Positions 43,513 through 57,130 of a DNA stretch of 64,000 nucleotides are shown in pieces (the stretch's first letter is position 1; the number at the start of each line of letters is the position of its first letter). Both the position numbers and the translations under genes were made by a program. The notes below the pieces were generated by a model, which saw only the letters and a list, made by a program, of their open reading frames with translations, searched no databases and had not been told where the DNA came from. The DNA is from the human T2T-CHM13v2.0 reference genome, Homo sapiens: NCBI RefSeq assembly GCF_009914755.1, contig NC_060936.1. One strand, 5' to 3'.

Positions 43513-44669
43513 TTACTGTTTCTCCCCGCCTCGCATCTCCATTTGGGCCGGCCGCATTTCAGGTGCTGAGCGACTGCCGGGGCCATCACACAGGCCAGCC
43601 AGAGATACCATCAGATCCAGCAGGCGGGGCACCCGGCTCACACCAGAACTCCATTCACCAAACCTGAATCTCACCTACCAGGTGGAGAACATTTTCAAAT
43701 GTCCCTTGAATGCCTGGGACTTCTGGCCATGCTGGGAGAACTCGCTGATTAGTGGGGGTCTTAAAGGAGAGGGATGTTGGAAGTGCGAAGTTGATTAACA
43801 TTACAGTTTTGGTGAAGGGCCCATGGCTGAGAGTTCGAAACATCCAAGGGTACAGATTTGGGCCCAGCATCATTCTAGCTTCTAAGGAAAGTCAGAAAAT
43901 GCTACATCTATATGGGGCATTTGCATTAGAGGTCAGAAAAAAGGACTTGGCCTTAGGTTCTTGCTTCAAGCTAAATGCAGGTGAGTTACCCTGACCAATA
44001 GAGGCACAGACCAGCCAACACAAACAGGGCTGTTTGCAGCAGGCTCTGAGCAGGGCTGGCCCGACTGGATTGATGCATCTTTTTTTCTTCATCATTCTTT
44101 TCTTTCTTCATTTCCAAAGTCGTTGCCATCACCCTTGTTGGCCAGAACTGTTTCAGTGATACCCACGTGGCTTCTCGGCCTTCTCTCCACCTTCACCTCC
44201 TCTCCTCCCAAAGCTACCAGTGTAATCTTTGGGACCCGCATCTGATCTTGCCACACACCAATGGCACCCCTGCAGATCCTCTTCCCTCCCTAGGGGTGCC
44301 ACGAAGCTTCAAGACACCGCGCCTTTGTGCATACCGTTCCCTCACCTGGCACCCCCACCACCTTTGCTCAGGCTGAGGAATTCCTAACCACCTATCTACA
44401 GACTGTTAAATGTTGCCTCTTCTGGGAGTTCTTCCCAAATAACCTTTTCCTGCCCCACACAGCAAAACGAATCCCCCCTTGCGTTCTAGACCTTCCACTG
44501 GAACACCTGCTGTGCAGTCCTGGGCTTGGCTCACATGCACTCCCTCTACGCCTCTGAGTCAGGGTTATCTGAGCGCGTGCTCTGCACTGTCACTGTACCT
44601 CTGAGGTCTATGTGAACTGCCCCCTGTGGGCTGTGGTGCAAAACCTGTGTATGTGGTGGGGTATTATAG

Positions 44670-44840
44670 CCTTTACATGCTGTTGTTCACAGAGTCCTCA
44701 TAACAACCTTATAACGCAGCTACAATTATTATCCCCCTTTTGCTGTTAAGGAAACCAAGACTCAGAGAGGCTCATCAACTTGTCTACAGTCACACAGCTC
44801 CTGAGCAGTGAAGCCAGGATTCAAACCCAAGAAATCTAAG
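44670..44840 (-). mobile_element. MIR
   Basis: aggaaaccaagactcagagagg...gtcacacagct...gccaggattcaaaccca. Confidence 0.75.
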
Positions 44841-45225
44841 CATTCTGTTAGGCCAACTCTGAATTCCTGCATGGTGACAGGGACCATGATTTGTTAATAT
44901 TCTAGCGCCATGACGGGGTACAAGTGCTTCCTGGGTGAGTGCATCGACAAAGAACAACAGCACGAAGGCACAGTCAGAGCCTCACGGCCAGACCTTTGCC
45001 TGGCTGCCTTGCTCTCCTCCTTCAGCTCTCAGGGATGCGTCACCTCCTCAGAGCCAGCCCTGACCACCTCAGCTAAGCAGGCAGCCTCCCCACGCCCCAC
45101 TGTCTGTCCCACTTTCCTTTTATTATCTCCACAGCAAACGGCAGTGCCTGAACTTATCCCCCTTGCCAATTTGTCCATCCAACGTCTCCCCCGCTATGAT
45201 ATCTATCCTAGTGAGAACAGGTGCC

Positions 45226-45398
45226 AGCTGAGCGCGATGATTCATGCCTGTAATCCCAGCCTTTGGGAGGTTGGGGTGGGAGAACTGCTTGAACCTGGGA
45301 GGCGGAGGTTGCAGTGAGCCTAGATTGTGCCACTGCACTCCAGCCTGGGAGACAGAGTGAGGCTCTGTCTCAAAAACAAAAACAAAAACAAACAAAAG
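45226..45398 (+). mobile_element. Monomeric Alu (FRAM-like or internally recombined)
   Basis: Single ~145 bp arm plus (AAAAAC)n tail; TSD gagaacaggtgcc at 45213-45225 and 45399-45411. Confidence 0.85.
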
Positions 45399-45732
45399 GA
45401 GAACAGGTGCCCTTTCTACTGGCCGTGGCTGTATCTGCAGTTCCTAACACAGTGCCTGCACAGAGCTGATGCGTGCTGCACCCTCGCTGAATGACTGAAT
45501 GAAAGGGTGAATGAATGCATCCCTGGCTCCTCTCAGATGCTGCCTTCTTCACCAGGTACTGGCCTCTGTCAATCCGTCTGGACAGAGCTCTCAGGCCAGA
45601 CAGCTGAGAGGTGGCGTAGAGGCCACCAATATGTCACAGAGTTATAGCAATAAGGTGCAGCAAGGCTGAGAAATCTCCATAGGTAAAAGAAAATGGAGTC
45701 GCTTATCCTAGTGATGAAACTCCTCGCTCTAA

Positions 45733-45935
45733 AGCCAGCAAACATTTCCTATAAAGATCCAGATAATAAATGTTTTAGACATCTGGGCCAGACGGTTTCT
45801 GTGGCCACCACTCCATTGGAGTGAGAAAGTGACCATCTGCGAATTGTAAATGAATGGGTGTGGCTGTGTGCCAATAAAACTTTATTTACAAAAACAGGCA
45901 TTGGGTCAGATCACAGGGCATAGTTGCTGACTCCT
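45733..45935 (+). mobile_element. MER58A (hAT)
   Basis: cagcaaacatttcctataaagatccagataataaat...tgggtgtggctgtgtgccaataaaactttatttacaaaaacagg. Confidence 0.88.
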
Positions 45936-46560
45936 AATGAAATAGCTTCACATCAATGAAAGAACTAAGTGGACATCTAGCACAGAGTTTAAACATTATA
46001 CTGGAATAGAGGTTGGAGGTATTGTATGCAAAGTATTTGTTTAGGAAGATTTTGCCTATTTCAAACCTGCATAATTCAAGGCTGATTTTTGCAAAGAAGC
46101 ACACATCACTGAGGAATTGTTCTGTATTTCTGTCGACAAGCTCGAATGGCACTGACTTTTCACGTTAGGGAAAATGTGGTTTATTATCAACGTAGGCAGC
46201 CTGCTTTAAAGTCACATGTTTTTACTAATTTTAAAAATTGGGGTGTGTGTAGCATTTATTCCAATTTTGGTCTAGTGAAAGTCCATGAATATTTGTCATA
46301 TTGCCCTAGTCCGAAATCCCAGAATTTGAATTCATATAAAAGGCAGCTCTGTGGCATGTGTTGGTCTCGCTGTCTCTCCCCTTTGCCCACTAGCCACTCA
46401 GTGCTCCCTTCCTTCTGATTTTCTCTGCATATGGAAGAGCGTTTTGATGTAGCAGGCACCCAACACATGACCACACAGAAGTAAAGCACCTGCTTTACCT
46501 CTCAGCTTGAGAAGGAGTTAGCAGAGCAGCAGGGACCTCAGTAAGACAGCAGAAAGCACT

Positions 46561-46864
46561 TTTCTCTTTTTTTGAGATGGAGTCTCACTGTTGTTGCCCA
46601 GGTTAGAATGCAGTGATGTGATCTTGGCTCACGGCAACCTCCGCCTCCTGAGTTCAAGCGATTCTCCTGCCTCAGCCTCCTGAGTAGCTGGGATTACCGG
46701 CGCCTGCTACCACACTGGGCTTTTTTTTTTTTTTTTTGTATTTTTAGTAGAGACGGGGTTTTGCCATGTTGGCCAGAGGGTCTCGAACTCCTAAACTCTG
46801 GTGATCCACCTGGCTTGGCCTCCCAAAGTTCTGGGATTACAGGCATGAGCCACCGTGCCTGGCC
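46561..46864 (-). mobile_element. AluS
   Basis: Reverse Alu; TSD agaaagcacttt. Confidence 0.95.
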
Positions 46865-46876
46865 AGAAAGCACTTT

Positions 46877-46980
46877 CTGATTATAAAGAACGTATAGCTG
46901 CGATGATAAAGAATGTAGAGCTGTTATTCTGATTATAAAGAATGTATAGCTGTGATTCCAATTATAAAGAATGTATAGGT
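46877..46980. repeat. Short tandem array, 4 copies of (gatt)ataaagaatgtatagctg
   Basis: ataaagaa recurs four times at roughly 23-31 bp spacing. Confidence 0.8.
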
Positions 46981-47789
46981 TCTGCAGTCTTTTCCCCTGG
47001 AAGTTTGTTTGTTTGATAATAGTTAGTGTGGACTCAGTCCTTCAGGAAGCAGGAGGAAAGAGCAGAGAATATTCCTGGCATCCTTTCACACCTGGCATCT
47101 AGGAAGGGAAATGTCCTTTACCAAGTATGACTTGTGCTTTTCTTTTTCCATGCGCTTTACCAAGCACTTAAAATTCACTGTGGCCTCACCGCTTAACCAC
47201 ATCAAAAGCATTTTGCAATGATGCTTTTTCCTCTACGAAACCTGAAGCTGTAAGTGGACCTGCTATTACACTGGTAATTAAGCCACTCCCTGGGCCAGTG
47301 GATACACATTCAAGACGTCAAAATATGGTGCAACAGGTGCCTTCCTCAGTGGGGCCCTGGTGGCCTGACTCCCCTGTTCCCCTTGATACCTTGTTCCATT
47401 TCCCACGGATTTGCCTGGAAGTTGGTGGGGGGGCTACCTGTTGCAGTCACCCAGGGGCAGACAGTGGCTTTGGGACCTCACCCTTCCAGTTTCAACCACA
47501 CCCATTCAGCAGCAGCTCACCCCAGCAAGCAGCTCACCAAATAGCCGTGTGGCGACCAGAAGAGATGGTTTCCTGGGGCACTCACTGGAGACAAAGCAAC
47601 CACAGCCATCCAAGTGCTGCCATCCTGAGTTTATGATGCCAACCAGCCCTGGGTGGATTGAAGGAAGTCCTCTGAGTGACCAAAAGGATGCCTGCCAGTC
47701 CCTGTCATCCCCTGCCCGCTGAGGCCCAGCTCTGCTCAGATGTCTGCCGTCCTCCACGGGCTCTAAGGGTGCATCCTAGCTAGTCTATG

Positions 47790-48235
47790 CCAATCCCAGT
47801 AGTCTCCTGTGATACTGTTCTGGCCAATGAGATGAAACAGAAAGTCTGTTGTGGGGTTTCTGGGAACGGTTTTCATGATTTAAAAAAAAAAAAACATTGT
47901 AGAGACACAGGACAATGTGATTCCTCTTTTTGATTTCCTTTTGTTCCACTGAACAGGCACTGCTTGTGTATGTGATGGCAGGAGCAGAGGCAGCAATCAT
48001 GAGCGTGAGAGGACAGCTGGCCCAGGCCAAGTCAACAGGCTGGAAATGGCACAGCAGAAAGAAGAAATGAATCCAGAGCCTCGATGAAGTTCTGAGTTTC
48101 CAAAGAAACCAACCCTGGAACCGTCCCAGCTGCAGAATTTCTCCTTCTAGAAAATGATACATCCCTTCTCTGTTGAAGGCATTTCCAGTCAAGTCTTCTG
48201 TTACCTGCAGCCTGAAGCATTCTAATCTACAGAGA
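47790..48235 (+). mobile_element. Old MLT1 (J/K-like) LTR
   Basis: gttctggccaatgagatgaaacagaaagtctg...ttctgttacctgcagcctgaagcattctaa. Confidence 0.65.
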
Positions 48236-50084
48236 GCCCACTCCTAGATTCTTCCTGGATCTGGTTTGTAAGAATTACTCAGATTTAATGACTTTGAGCC
48301 ATGAAATGATGGAGAAACAACTTTCCTGGGCAAAAAAGGGAAGAGGTACCAGCTCTCCCCTTCTCTTGTCCCAAACCCAACGGCTTTACCCCAAAGGGCA
48401 GAGGAAAAAGTGTGGAGCAGACGAAGCCCAGGAGCTTGAGCACTGGATGCACTGCATTTAATTTCTGAGTGCCACTTGTCCATTCACAGGCGCAAACCCC
48501 AACCCACAGGAGATGCTGGCTACTTTATGGTTGCTTAGCAACCAGTGATCACCCTTCTCCTGAACTGCAGTGCCCAACTTTACTTTTGGGGGACCTCCTC
48601 TACCCAATTCTCAGTAAAGTTAGCTCAGAGACGTCTGACTTCTTCCTGGCTAATCAGGATACCCCATCCCTCTGGAAACAGTGGATGGTTCAGAACTAGG
48701 CACACGACCTGAGCCAGTCCAATGAGACTCCACCTCGGTCCTTGCAGGGCAGTCTGTGAAGGGTGAAGCCAAGACAGCGAGAGGCAGGGCCAGGAGCTGG
48801 AGAATGGCTCAGGCTTAAAAGTACAGCTGGATCTCAGCTTTTCAATTCTGCGAGCCAGTGAATTTCTCCCTTTCTTTTCATAATCCCGCGCAGCTTGGTG
48901 TTCTACCTTACCTATCCAAAGGAATCTTAAGTGAGGCAGCTCCCCCATGAGGGACACTGACCCAGACGCTGGGAATTGGATTCAGCTTGCACCCCCTCAA
49001 GACCGTGCATTAAGACCAAGGTGCATTTCTTATGTATAGCATGGTAGATTGTGGTAGTGATAATGTGGTTCCCCATAAAATTCCTTGTTTCCTTCTGGTA
49101 ATGGAGCCCCTCTTTCTTCCAGGGAGCTGTACCATGTAGTAGAGATGAGGTTCAATGAATCTTCCCTCCCACACCCTCCCACACTCACCCAAAGAGTCCA
49201 AGACCATGGCCTGTCCAATTGGAACTAATCCATCCAGAGCGGCTGGTTTAGGGGTGAGCCCATGACCCAAACCGGGCCACTCATACTGCTTCATGGGACT
49301 TTTGCCAAAACACATGGAAGGAAGGGTCTTTCTTAAAAGGTGCTCTCAGCTTGACATTGCTGGGGCCGTGTTTGCCAAACTGGGGGAAGCCTTGAAGAGA
49401 AGGACGCCGCACAGAGGAAAGTGGGGGCACAAATGTGCGTCCTTGTTTTCCAGAGCCAGCCTCTGCCAAAGCGTCACCCTTTATACTCCCAGATGCAGGA
49501 AACTTGTTTAGTGTAAGCCAATTTGAGTTGGATTTTTGTCACTTACTAACAAGACTCCTAACGAATGCATTCAATAACAAATGCAGCAACACCAGCAAAG
49601 ATCAGCACTTGTGAGTCTCCCCGTGGTAGATACCGTGATAGGATTTCCCATGAATAATCTCTAATTACCCATTGAGGACACAACTCCCATCTTACAGATA
49701 AGGAACTGATGTTCAGAAAAGTGTCCTAACACATCCAAGGCTATCTACAAGGTAGCCACTAGCCTTTGTGAGAATTAGGAAAAGGTGCCCCCTCTCAGAG
49801 GAGGCTTCTGAGGGCACAGGGTTAGGTGGATGGGATCTCAAGGTCTCTGTGCACATTGGAGGGAGGAGGGAACCCTTCCTTGAGCCAGACATAGACCCAT
49901 GCCAGGGTGCACGGCCTAGGAGTGGGGTGTGGGCTAGATGGCAGCCCCCTCGCCCCAGGTAGCCAGGCACCTTGGTGCAGGTCACACTCATGCAGCTGAA
50001 GGACCCCCCCCCAGCTCCCCAGACCCAAATGACCTCACTCATATGCTATACAACCAAGCCTGGAATTTTAGTCCTCCTCATCAG

Positions 50085-50435
50085 CTACGGTCCAGCCAGA
50101 GAAACACAATCTGCAATAGGACATAAATATATGAAAAGATTCAGGGAGCTTGGAGGCAAGTCCGAAGTCTGAAAAGGAAGCTGGAAATTCCCAGGCAAGA
50201 GGTGACGCTGCGGTCCGGAGGCAACACTTCATCCTCCTCCAAAATCCTAGTTCTGCTCTCAAGGCCTTTCAGCTCACTGGATGAGGCCCGCCCACATTCT
50301 TGAGGATAATCTCCTCTACTGAAAACCAACTGATTGTAGATGTTAATGGCATCCAAAGACCTTCCCAACAGCACCTAGGTTCATGTTTGATGGGCTCACT
50401 GGGGACTGTCACCTGGCAGAGTTGACACATAATGA
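50085..50435 (-). mobile_element. MLT2-like LTR
   Basis: ctggatgaggcccgcccacatt...aactgattgtagatgttaat...cacctaggttcatgtttga...gttgacacataa. Confidence 0.75.
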
Positions 50436-50597
50436 ATGCAGGTGGTCTCGCCACTCAGATTCCTCTCCAGGAGTCTCCAGCCCTCATCTTCTGGTGTGGG
50501 GCCATGGCCTAGACTCGCCTGGCAGGGTCCTGGTTTGCCCCGCCTGCCCCAGCGTAATTAGCAGCCCCCTTTACACTTTCAATAACGTCTTGCTTGC

Positions 50598-50918
50598 ATT
50601 GTGGAAGACAGCGTGGCAATTCCTTAAAGACCTAGAGGCAGAAATGCCATTTGACCCAGCAATCCCATGACTGGGTATGCACCCAAAGGAATAGAAATAA
50701 TTCCACCATAAAGGCATGCACGCGAATGCTCATTGCAGCACGAGTCACAGTAGCAAAGACATGGAATCAACTGAAGCGCCCATCAATGATAGACTCGATA
50801 AAGAAAACGCGGTACATATACACCATGGAATACTATGCAGACACAGAAAGGAATGAGATCATGTCCTTTGCAGGGACATGGGTGGAGCTGGAGGCCATTA
50901 TCCTTAGCAAACTAATGC
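50598..50918 (+). mobile_element. L1PA/PB ORF2-end/3'UTR fragment
   Basis: Translates to LWKTAWQFLKDLEAEMPFDPAIP and IYTMEYYA...EIMSFAGTWVELEAIILSKL, the L1 ORF2 C-terminus, now frameshifted. Confidence 0.9.
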
Positions 50919-51849
50919 TAAGGATAATTGGGTGGAGGACACAATCCCACAAGGCGCTGTCCCTTGCACGGCCACGGCAGAGGGAATGAAGAGGCTCCTC
51001 TTTGCATTGGAGCCCTGGGACTCCTCCTGTTTTCCACATCCCTCCTCGGTGTGTAAATAGGTCAGGAGCCAGCTCCACACCTCCCAGCTCCGGAGACGGC
51101 AGGGCCGAGTGTGTGCAGTGTCCGTGCAGAATAAGTCATCCACTGAATTATTGAAGAAACACACAAGGGACACTGCCCTTGAACTGGGAACACGTGGAGG
51201 CTCCTGTTTGGTTCCTGCCTTTATACAGCTCACACTCTTAGGGGGAAGCAGGTGAGCAGAAGAACGGATGCAATGCCTCACACCCAGTGCCCTGAACAGG
51301 GAAGGGAGGGAAAGCCCGGGAAATTCCTAGCCAATTGCAAGACGCATGGATCCCAGCCCCAGTGAAACTTAGGACCCAAGGTGGTCACAGAGGGAAGCCA
51401 CTCACTGCTCCCTTCACAAGCACAGCTGCAAGGAGCTAAGGCTGCCAGGCTGGCACCGCCATGCTGCCGTCTTGGGATCCACTGAGCATGTTAAGGCCGT
51501 GCTCCCAGGCTGAGCTCAGGAAGAAGCGCAACACACCATTTTTGCTTGACTCCACTAATGGGAAACCTTGAAACCGAAAGACTGGCTTCTCTTGCCTTCT
51601 AGGCCAGAAGAACCACTCCCGGGCCCAGGAGAGATGAACAAGCATCCTTAGCATAGGCCGCAGGCCCCATGGGGAAAGTGGGTTCTCTGACCCCATGCAG
51701 GCTGGGTTGAAAGTCAGGCCCCGCCACTGACTGGCTTTGTGCCCCAGAGCCTCCGTTTCCTCCTCTCTAAAGTGGAAAGACTATGGCACAAGCCCGGGAG
51801 AAGGATTCGATGACGTGACACTTGGAGACCACTTGGCAAAAGGTCTCGC

Positions 51850-52290
51850 CCTATTTGGGCTTCCCAGGGACACAGATTGCGTGGCTTAAAACTGCAGAAA
51901 TGTATTCTCTCACAGCCCTGGAGGCCAGAAGTCCAAAATGAATATATCTGCCAGGCTGCGTACCCACCACAGGGTCCAGAGGAGGCTCCTTCTGCCTTTG
52001 CCAGCTTCTGGTGGCTCCAGGCATTCCTCGGCTCACGGCCACATCACTCCAGTCTCGGCGTGGCCTTCTCTCATATCTTACATCTCCCTCCGTCTTTCTC
52101 TTACAACATCACCAGTCATTGGATGTCAAGCACAGCCGGATAATTCAGGGTCACGTCCTCTCAAGATCCTTAACATGATTACTTCTGCAGAGACGTAATG
52201 TAGAGCTTTTTCCAAATAAGATCACAGCCACAGGTTCCCAGGATCAGGACGTGAACAGGTCTTTTGGGCGAACACCATTTAACTCGCTAG
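51850..52290 (-). mobile_element. MLT1C/D-like LTR
   Basis: gtggcttaaaact...tgtattctctcacagccctggaggccagaagtccaaaat...cacaggttcccaggatcaggacgtgaaca. Confidence 0.8.
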
Positions 52291-52470
52291 AAGCACTCAG
52301 CGAGCAGCTCTCAGAAACAGTGGCTCTGAGGACAGCAGCTGTTAGGATTGTCAGTTCTCTGCCTGTCTCTACCCTCCCTAATTCTAGGGAGAAACTTCAT
52401 TTACTCCACAAACCCTAGGACTCCCTAAACCTAGCTGGGGTCTCTCCTGCATAGAATTTCAGAATGCTTA

Positions 52471-52941
<471 letters not shown>

Positions 52942-53039
52942 TCAAAATGGACAGCCTTGGTCCATGGTCAAAATGGACAGCCGGCCCAGGCTTGCCTGGT
53001 GGCCCTCTAAGCAGAATCCAATCCCTGCTGACCGTGGCC

Positions 53040-53770
53040 TCTTCTGCCTCCGGGGTCCAAGCCACCAGCCTATCTCCTCTGAACCACTGTGGCTGTCTCC
53101 TAACTGTTTCTCTGCTTCACTCTTTCCCTGCCACTGTGTGTCCTTGATGCACTAGCCAGAAGGGTCCTGGGAAGACTGAAGTCAGAGCATGGCTCTCGTC
53201 TCTCCAGAACCCTCCGTGGCTCCCCATTTCACTCAGAGTCAAAATCAAAAGGCCCATAGACGCCATCATGGCCCGATTTCTTTCCCTCCCACTTCCTCTC
53301 CACACACCTCTTCTGTCAGCTACCTTCTGACGCTGGCCCCTATGTCCTGACTTCCAGCCATTGGCCCCATTGTTCTTCCTCAAAAACCCCAGGTATAGTG
53401 GCACTTCAGGGCCGTGGCACTGGCAGACACCCCATTATCCCAGCAGGCACTTCTAGAAGTGCCCTCAGCTCTCTGCACCCACTCCTGGTGTCTTTGCTCT
53501 GTGGTCTCCTTCTCATCCAGGCCTTCCCTGCCCATCTTGCTAAAACTGCAGCCCCCCTTTCCTAGCTCTCTGGATGGCATGAGCCGCTCACCTGCCCCGC
53601 ACGCCACGCACCGTGGAACAGGCTGTAGCACGCACATGTGCAGACCCCGGCCTATCGCCTCCTCCTACTGGAAGGTGAACTCCATGAGGGTGAAGACATC
53701 TGTCCTTCTATCCCCTGCTCTGTTTTAACCATCTGGCAAAGCAAGCACACTCAGCGCAGCACTTATTAGA
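53040..53770 (+). mobile_element. L2 3' fragment
   Basis: aaccctccgtggctccccatttcactcagagtcaaaa...aaggtgaactccatgaggg... Confidence 0.6.
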
Positions 53771-54099
53771 AGGGAGGGAGCAGAACAACTATTCTGGGAC
53801 TGACTTCCTGCTGGAGGAGGAACAGAAAATAAATACATAAGCAGATGAGTAAGATCATCGACGGGCAGAAAAAGTACCACAAACAAAATAAGAGTAAGAC
53901 TGCTCCGAGACAAGGGGCTGGGGAGGGGGAACCTGAGTAGGAGGCAGCCTAGTGGACGCGTCACCCAGGAGCAGACATCGTTCAGCCATGAGGAGGCGGG
54001 GGATGCAGCCTCCTGATGTGTCAGCTCTGAAAGCTAATGACTGTGCCTGCGTGTGTGCGCATGACATGCGTGAGCTGTAAGGGCAGCTCCATAATTAGA

Positions 54100-54360
54100 T
54101 TATATATGTGTGTGCGTGTATATATATGTCTGTGTGTATATATATGTGTGTATGTATATGTCTGTATAATAATATGCATACACACGTGTACATATATATA
54201 ACCTATATATCTCTCTATATAGATTATATATGTGTATAGTATATACACACATATATATTATATATGTGAATGTGTGTGTATATATGTATATATGTGTATT
54301 ATATATACACACACACATATATATGTATACATATATAATCTATATCTCAGAGAGAGAGAC
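54100..54360. repeat. (TA)/(TG)/(CA) low-complexity tract
   Basis: Read directly. Confidence 0.9.
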
Positions 54361-55059
54361 TGACCTGCCAGCAGATGGGCAGACATTTGTCAAACAGGGA
54401 GAGAGTGGACATTTGTCAGACATGGAGAGAGTGTCTTTATTCCTAAAGTTGGTTTCTCAGCTGCAAGGGCAATGGCCAAGCCCTTCCCAATCTTACCTTA
54501 CGAAACAAGGGTGACAGGCATTCAGGGATAGCAAAACGATCTTTCCTATCCTATTTTGGGCCTTAGAGAAAAGCGTAATTGTGCATTTAAACTGTTGTTT
54601 GGGATGAGGGCAGCAGAGCACACAGCTGTTGGAACCAGTTTCTCTTCATGCTATCACATGAGGCTGGAGCCTGAACTATCTCTGGGAGGCTGCAGAAAGT
54701 GGGAAGGGAGTTTCAGATCCATGCTGGAAGAACAGGGAAAGGCTCCCGCAGGGCTCCGGGTGGTGTCTGCCGCTGATTCAGCAAAGGACTTGTCCTGGAC
54801 ACGGGGCATGTGGGAGCTGAGCACGGGATTTCAGGTCCTGCTTCACCTCCTTCTCATAGGGAAGAAGCTGTCCACTGCTCACTCCTGGTTAAATTCAAGG
54901 AAGAAGGGATACACAAGTGTGGCAGCCCTATAGAAAAGAGAAAGACTCGTAAGTGATGCTATTAGTAAGCCATCTTGGCTTCCGGCCAGTGAAGACAAAT
55001 GAATTTAACAAAGAAAAGTCAACTAACCAGAAAGTTTACAGACCAGTGAATCCCACAGG

Positions 55060-55225
55060 GCTAGCATTATGTGCCAACTCGGTTCTCAGAGCTTACTGAG
55101 TTATCTCACTTCATTCCTACCCCGAACCTGATCAAGTAAGTGTCATTGTTCCCATTTTACAGCAGAGGAAACAGAATCTCAGAGAGGTTAAGTAACTTGC
55201 CTGGGGTCACACAGCTGAGGACATG
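55060..55225 (-). mobile_element. MIR
   Basis: cccattttacagcagaggaaacagaatctcagagaggttaagtaacttgcctggggtcacacagct. Confidence 0.8.
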
Positions 55226-55884
55226 GGTAAACCAACACACATTAATACCTCCCACATTGCTTCTTCCGCCATTTCCTCCCTGTTTGTGGCTCCAAAGAAT
55301 CCCTTCAGACACCATCACGGGGAATATCAACATGACAGGAAAGTGGCAGCCTCGCCCCAGGCCAGGAGCCCCTGAACAAAGCCATAAACCAAGACTTGAT
55401 CTTTGCCTGGCTCCAGACAGGACAGCAGAACGGGGTCCCATTCTGAAAGTCAGGCTCCATCACAAGTACCCACTGTGCTTACATCTCCGTGGAGAGGCAG
55501 GAGGCCAGGCGTAGGCAGCTGAGCCCCTGGGGGAGTGGAATGGTGTCGGCTCTACCCCCAGTAGCCCCGTGGCCTGGGTCTAGTGACTCGGACTCCCCAG
55601 CCCCAGTTGCTCCTCTCTGAAATGGAAATCTTCTCTGGACCAGCTTCCTGGGGTACCTATGAGGAGGCAGTGAGCTGCTTCCTATCAAGGCTTAAGGCAG
55701 CACCTGTCAAATGCTTAGTCAGCCTCGGCTCTTGTTAGCCTTTTGATTATTTGCTTGCCTTGATTATCAGCTTGTATTACTGTGTGCCTGACACTGACAT
55801 GTCCCCAAACTCCTCCCCACAAATGTCACATTCCAGTGCCTCTCCTTATTGTGCTCTCTCCTTCCATTTATATTGCATTTCAAC

Positions 55885-56105
55885 AATAATAACCGCTACT
55901 CATCACTGAGCACTTATTTGGTGCTTGGTATTGCCATCAACGCTTCCGAGTGTGTTATGACATCATCCTCATCGTGCCTTGGGAAGCGGGAACTCTGCTG
56001 GTCCCATTTTGCAGATGAGAAAACCGAGGCAGAGCAATTAGAAGTGGCATATCTGAGGTCATGGGGCTAGAAAGTGGAAGAGGGGGATTCAGACCCAGGC
56101 ATCCG
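55885..56105 (-). mobile_element. MIR
   Basis: cccattttgcagatgagaaaaccgaggcagag...ggattcagacccagg. Confidence 0.75.
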
Positions 56106-56816
56106 GGTCGTTTCCTCCCCAGCTCATCACTGTGGTGCGGGGCTGCTCAGGCGTTTGGTGAGTGGCTGCAGATTCAGAGCTCACCTAAGGTGAAAAGCAG
56201 GAACGGGGTTCCTTCTCATTTCTTTGTAAGGCAGAGCCAAGCTCGTGGGTGTCCCCACTCTGTCCCTGAAGGGATAGTTTCTCTGTGTCATCTTTGCCTC
56301 CTCTGTCACCCATGCAGGGGCCGCAGGCCTGTGATGAGCTGACCCACTCAGCTCCCAGAACAGGCAAAAGGGTCCCAGGGTGCAGGAGGGAAGCCGAAAG
56401 AAAACAGATGGGAAGGGGAGTAATTAAATCAGCACATCCCAAACAGCTAAGGGAGGGGACAAGGAGCAAAGCAATGAAGACCAGGTATGAAGTCTGAACT
56501 CACAGAATGGGCACGCGCTTCCGATAAGCTGTCCGCTCAAGCTGTTTGGAATACAAACACCAACCAAAACAACACACGCACACACTCTTTTGTGTCGTGT
56601 TTCTGGAATTCTGTGATGTTTCTTTTCTCATATATTCCTCCAAAAACAGTCCAGTACAGAATTGCAGGTTGAAGCACTGTGAATAGGCTCTAGGTTTGCC
56701 CCAGGTTAAGGGTTAATTTGTTGAGTTTCAGAACAGGTAGGCGACGCCCTCCTGGATTTTAAACAGATAACGTCCTTGCCATGTAAGAGCACTTAGAAGG
56801 CTGGCTTTATCTCTTT

Positions 56817-56831
56817 AAAAAAAAAAAAAAA

Positions 56832-56878
<47 letters not shown>

Positions 56879-57130
56879 CACACACACATATATATACACA
56901 CACATATATACACACACACATACACACACACATATATACACACACATATATACACACATATATATACACACATATATACACACACATATATATACACACA
57001 CATACACACACATACACACATATATACACACACATATATATACACACACACATATATACACACACATATATATACACACACATATATATACACACACACA
57101 CATATATACACACACTATATATATATATAT
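56817..57130. repeat. Compound microsatellite An-(TA)n-(CA)n then alternating (TA)x(CA)y blocks
   Basis: Read directly; ~300 bp of almost uninterrupted purine-pyrimidine alternation. Confidence 0.97.

Noticed and set aside
50383-50989. ORFs with L1 ORF2-like peptides as an active LINE-1
   Set aside because: Only a ~320 bp frameshifted fragment.
52942-52982. 15-bp direct repeat tcaaaatggacagcc
   Set aside because: Small local slippage duplication with no further structure.
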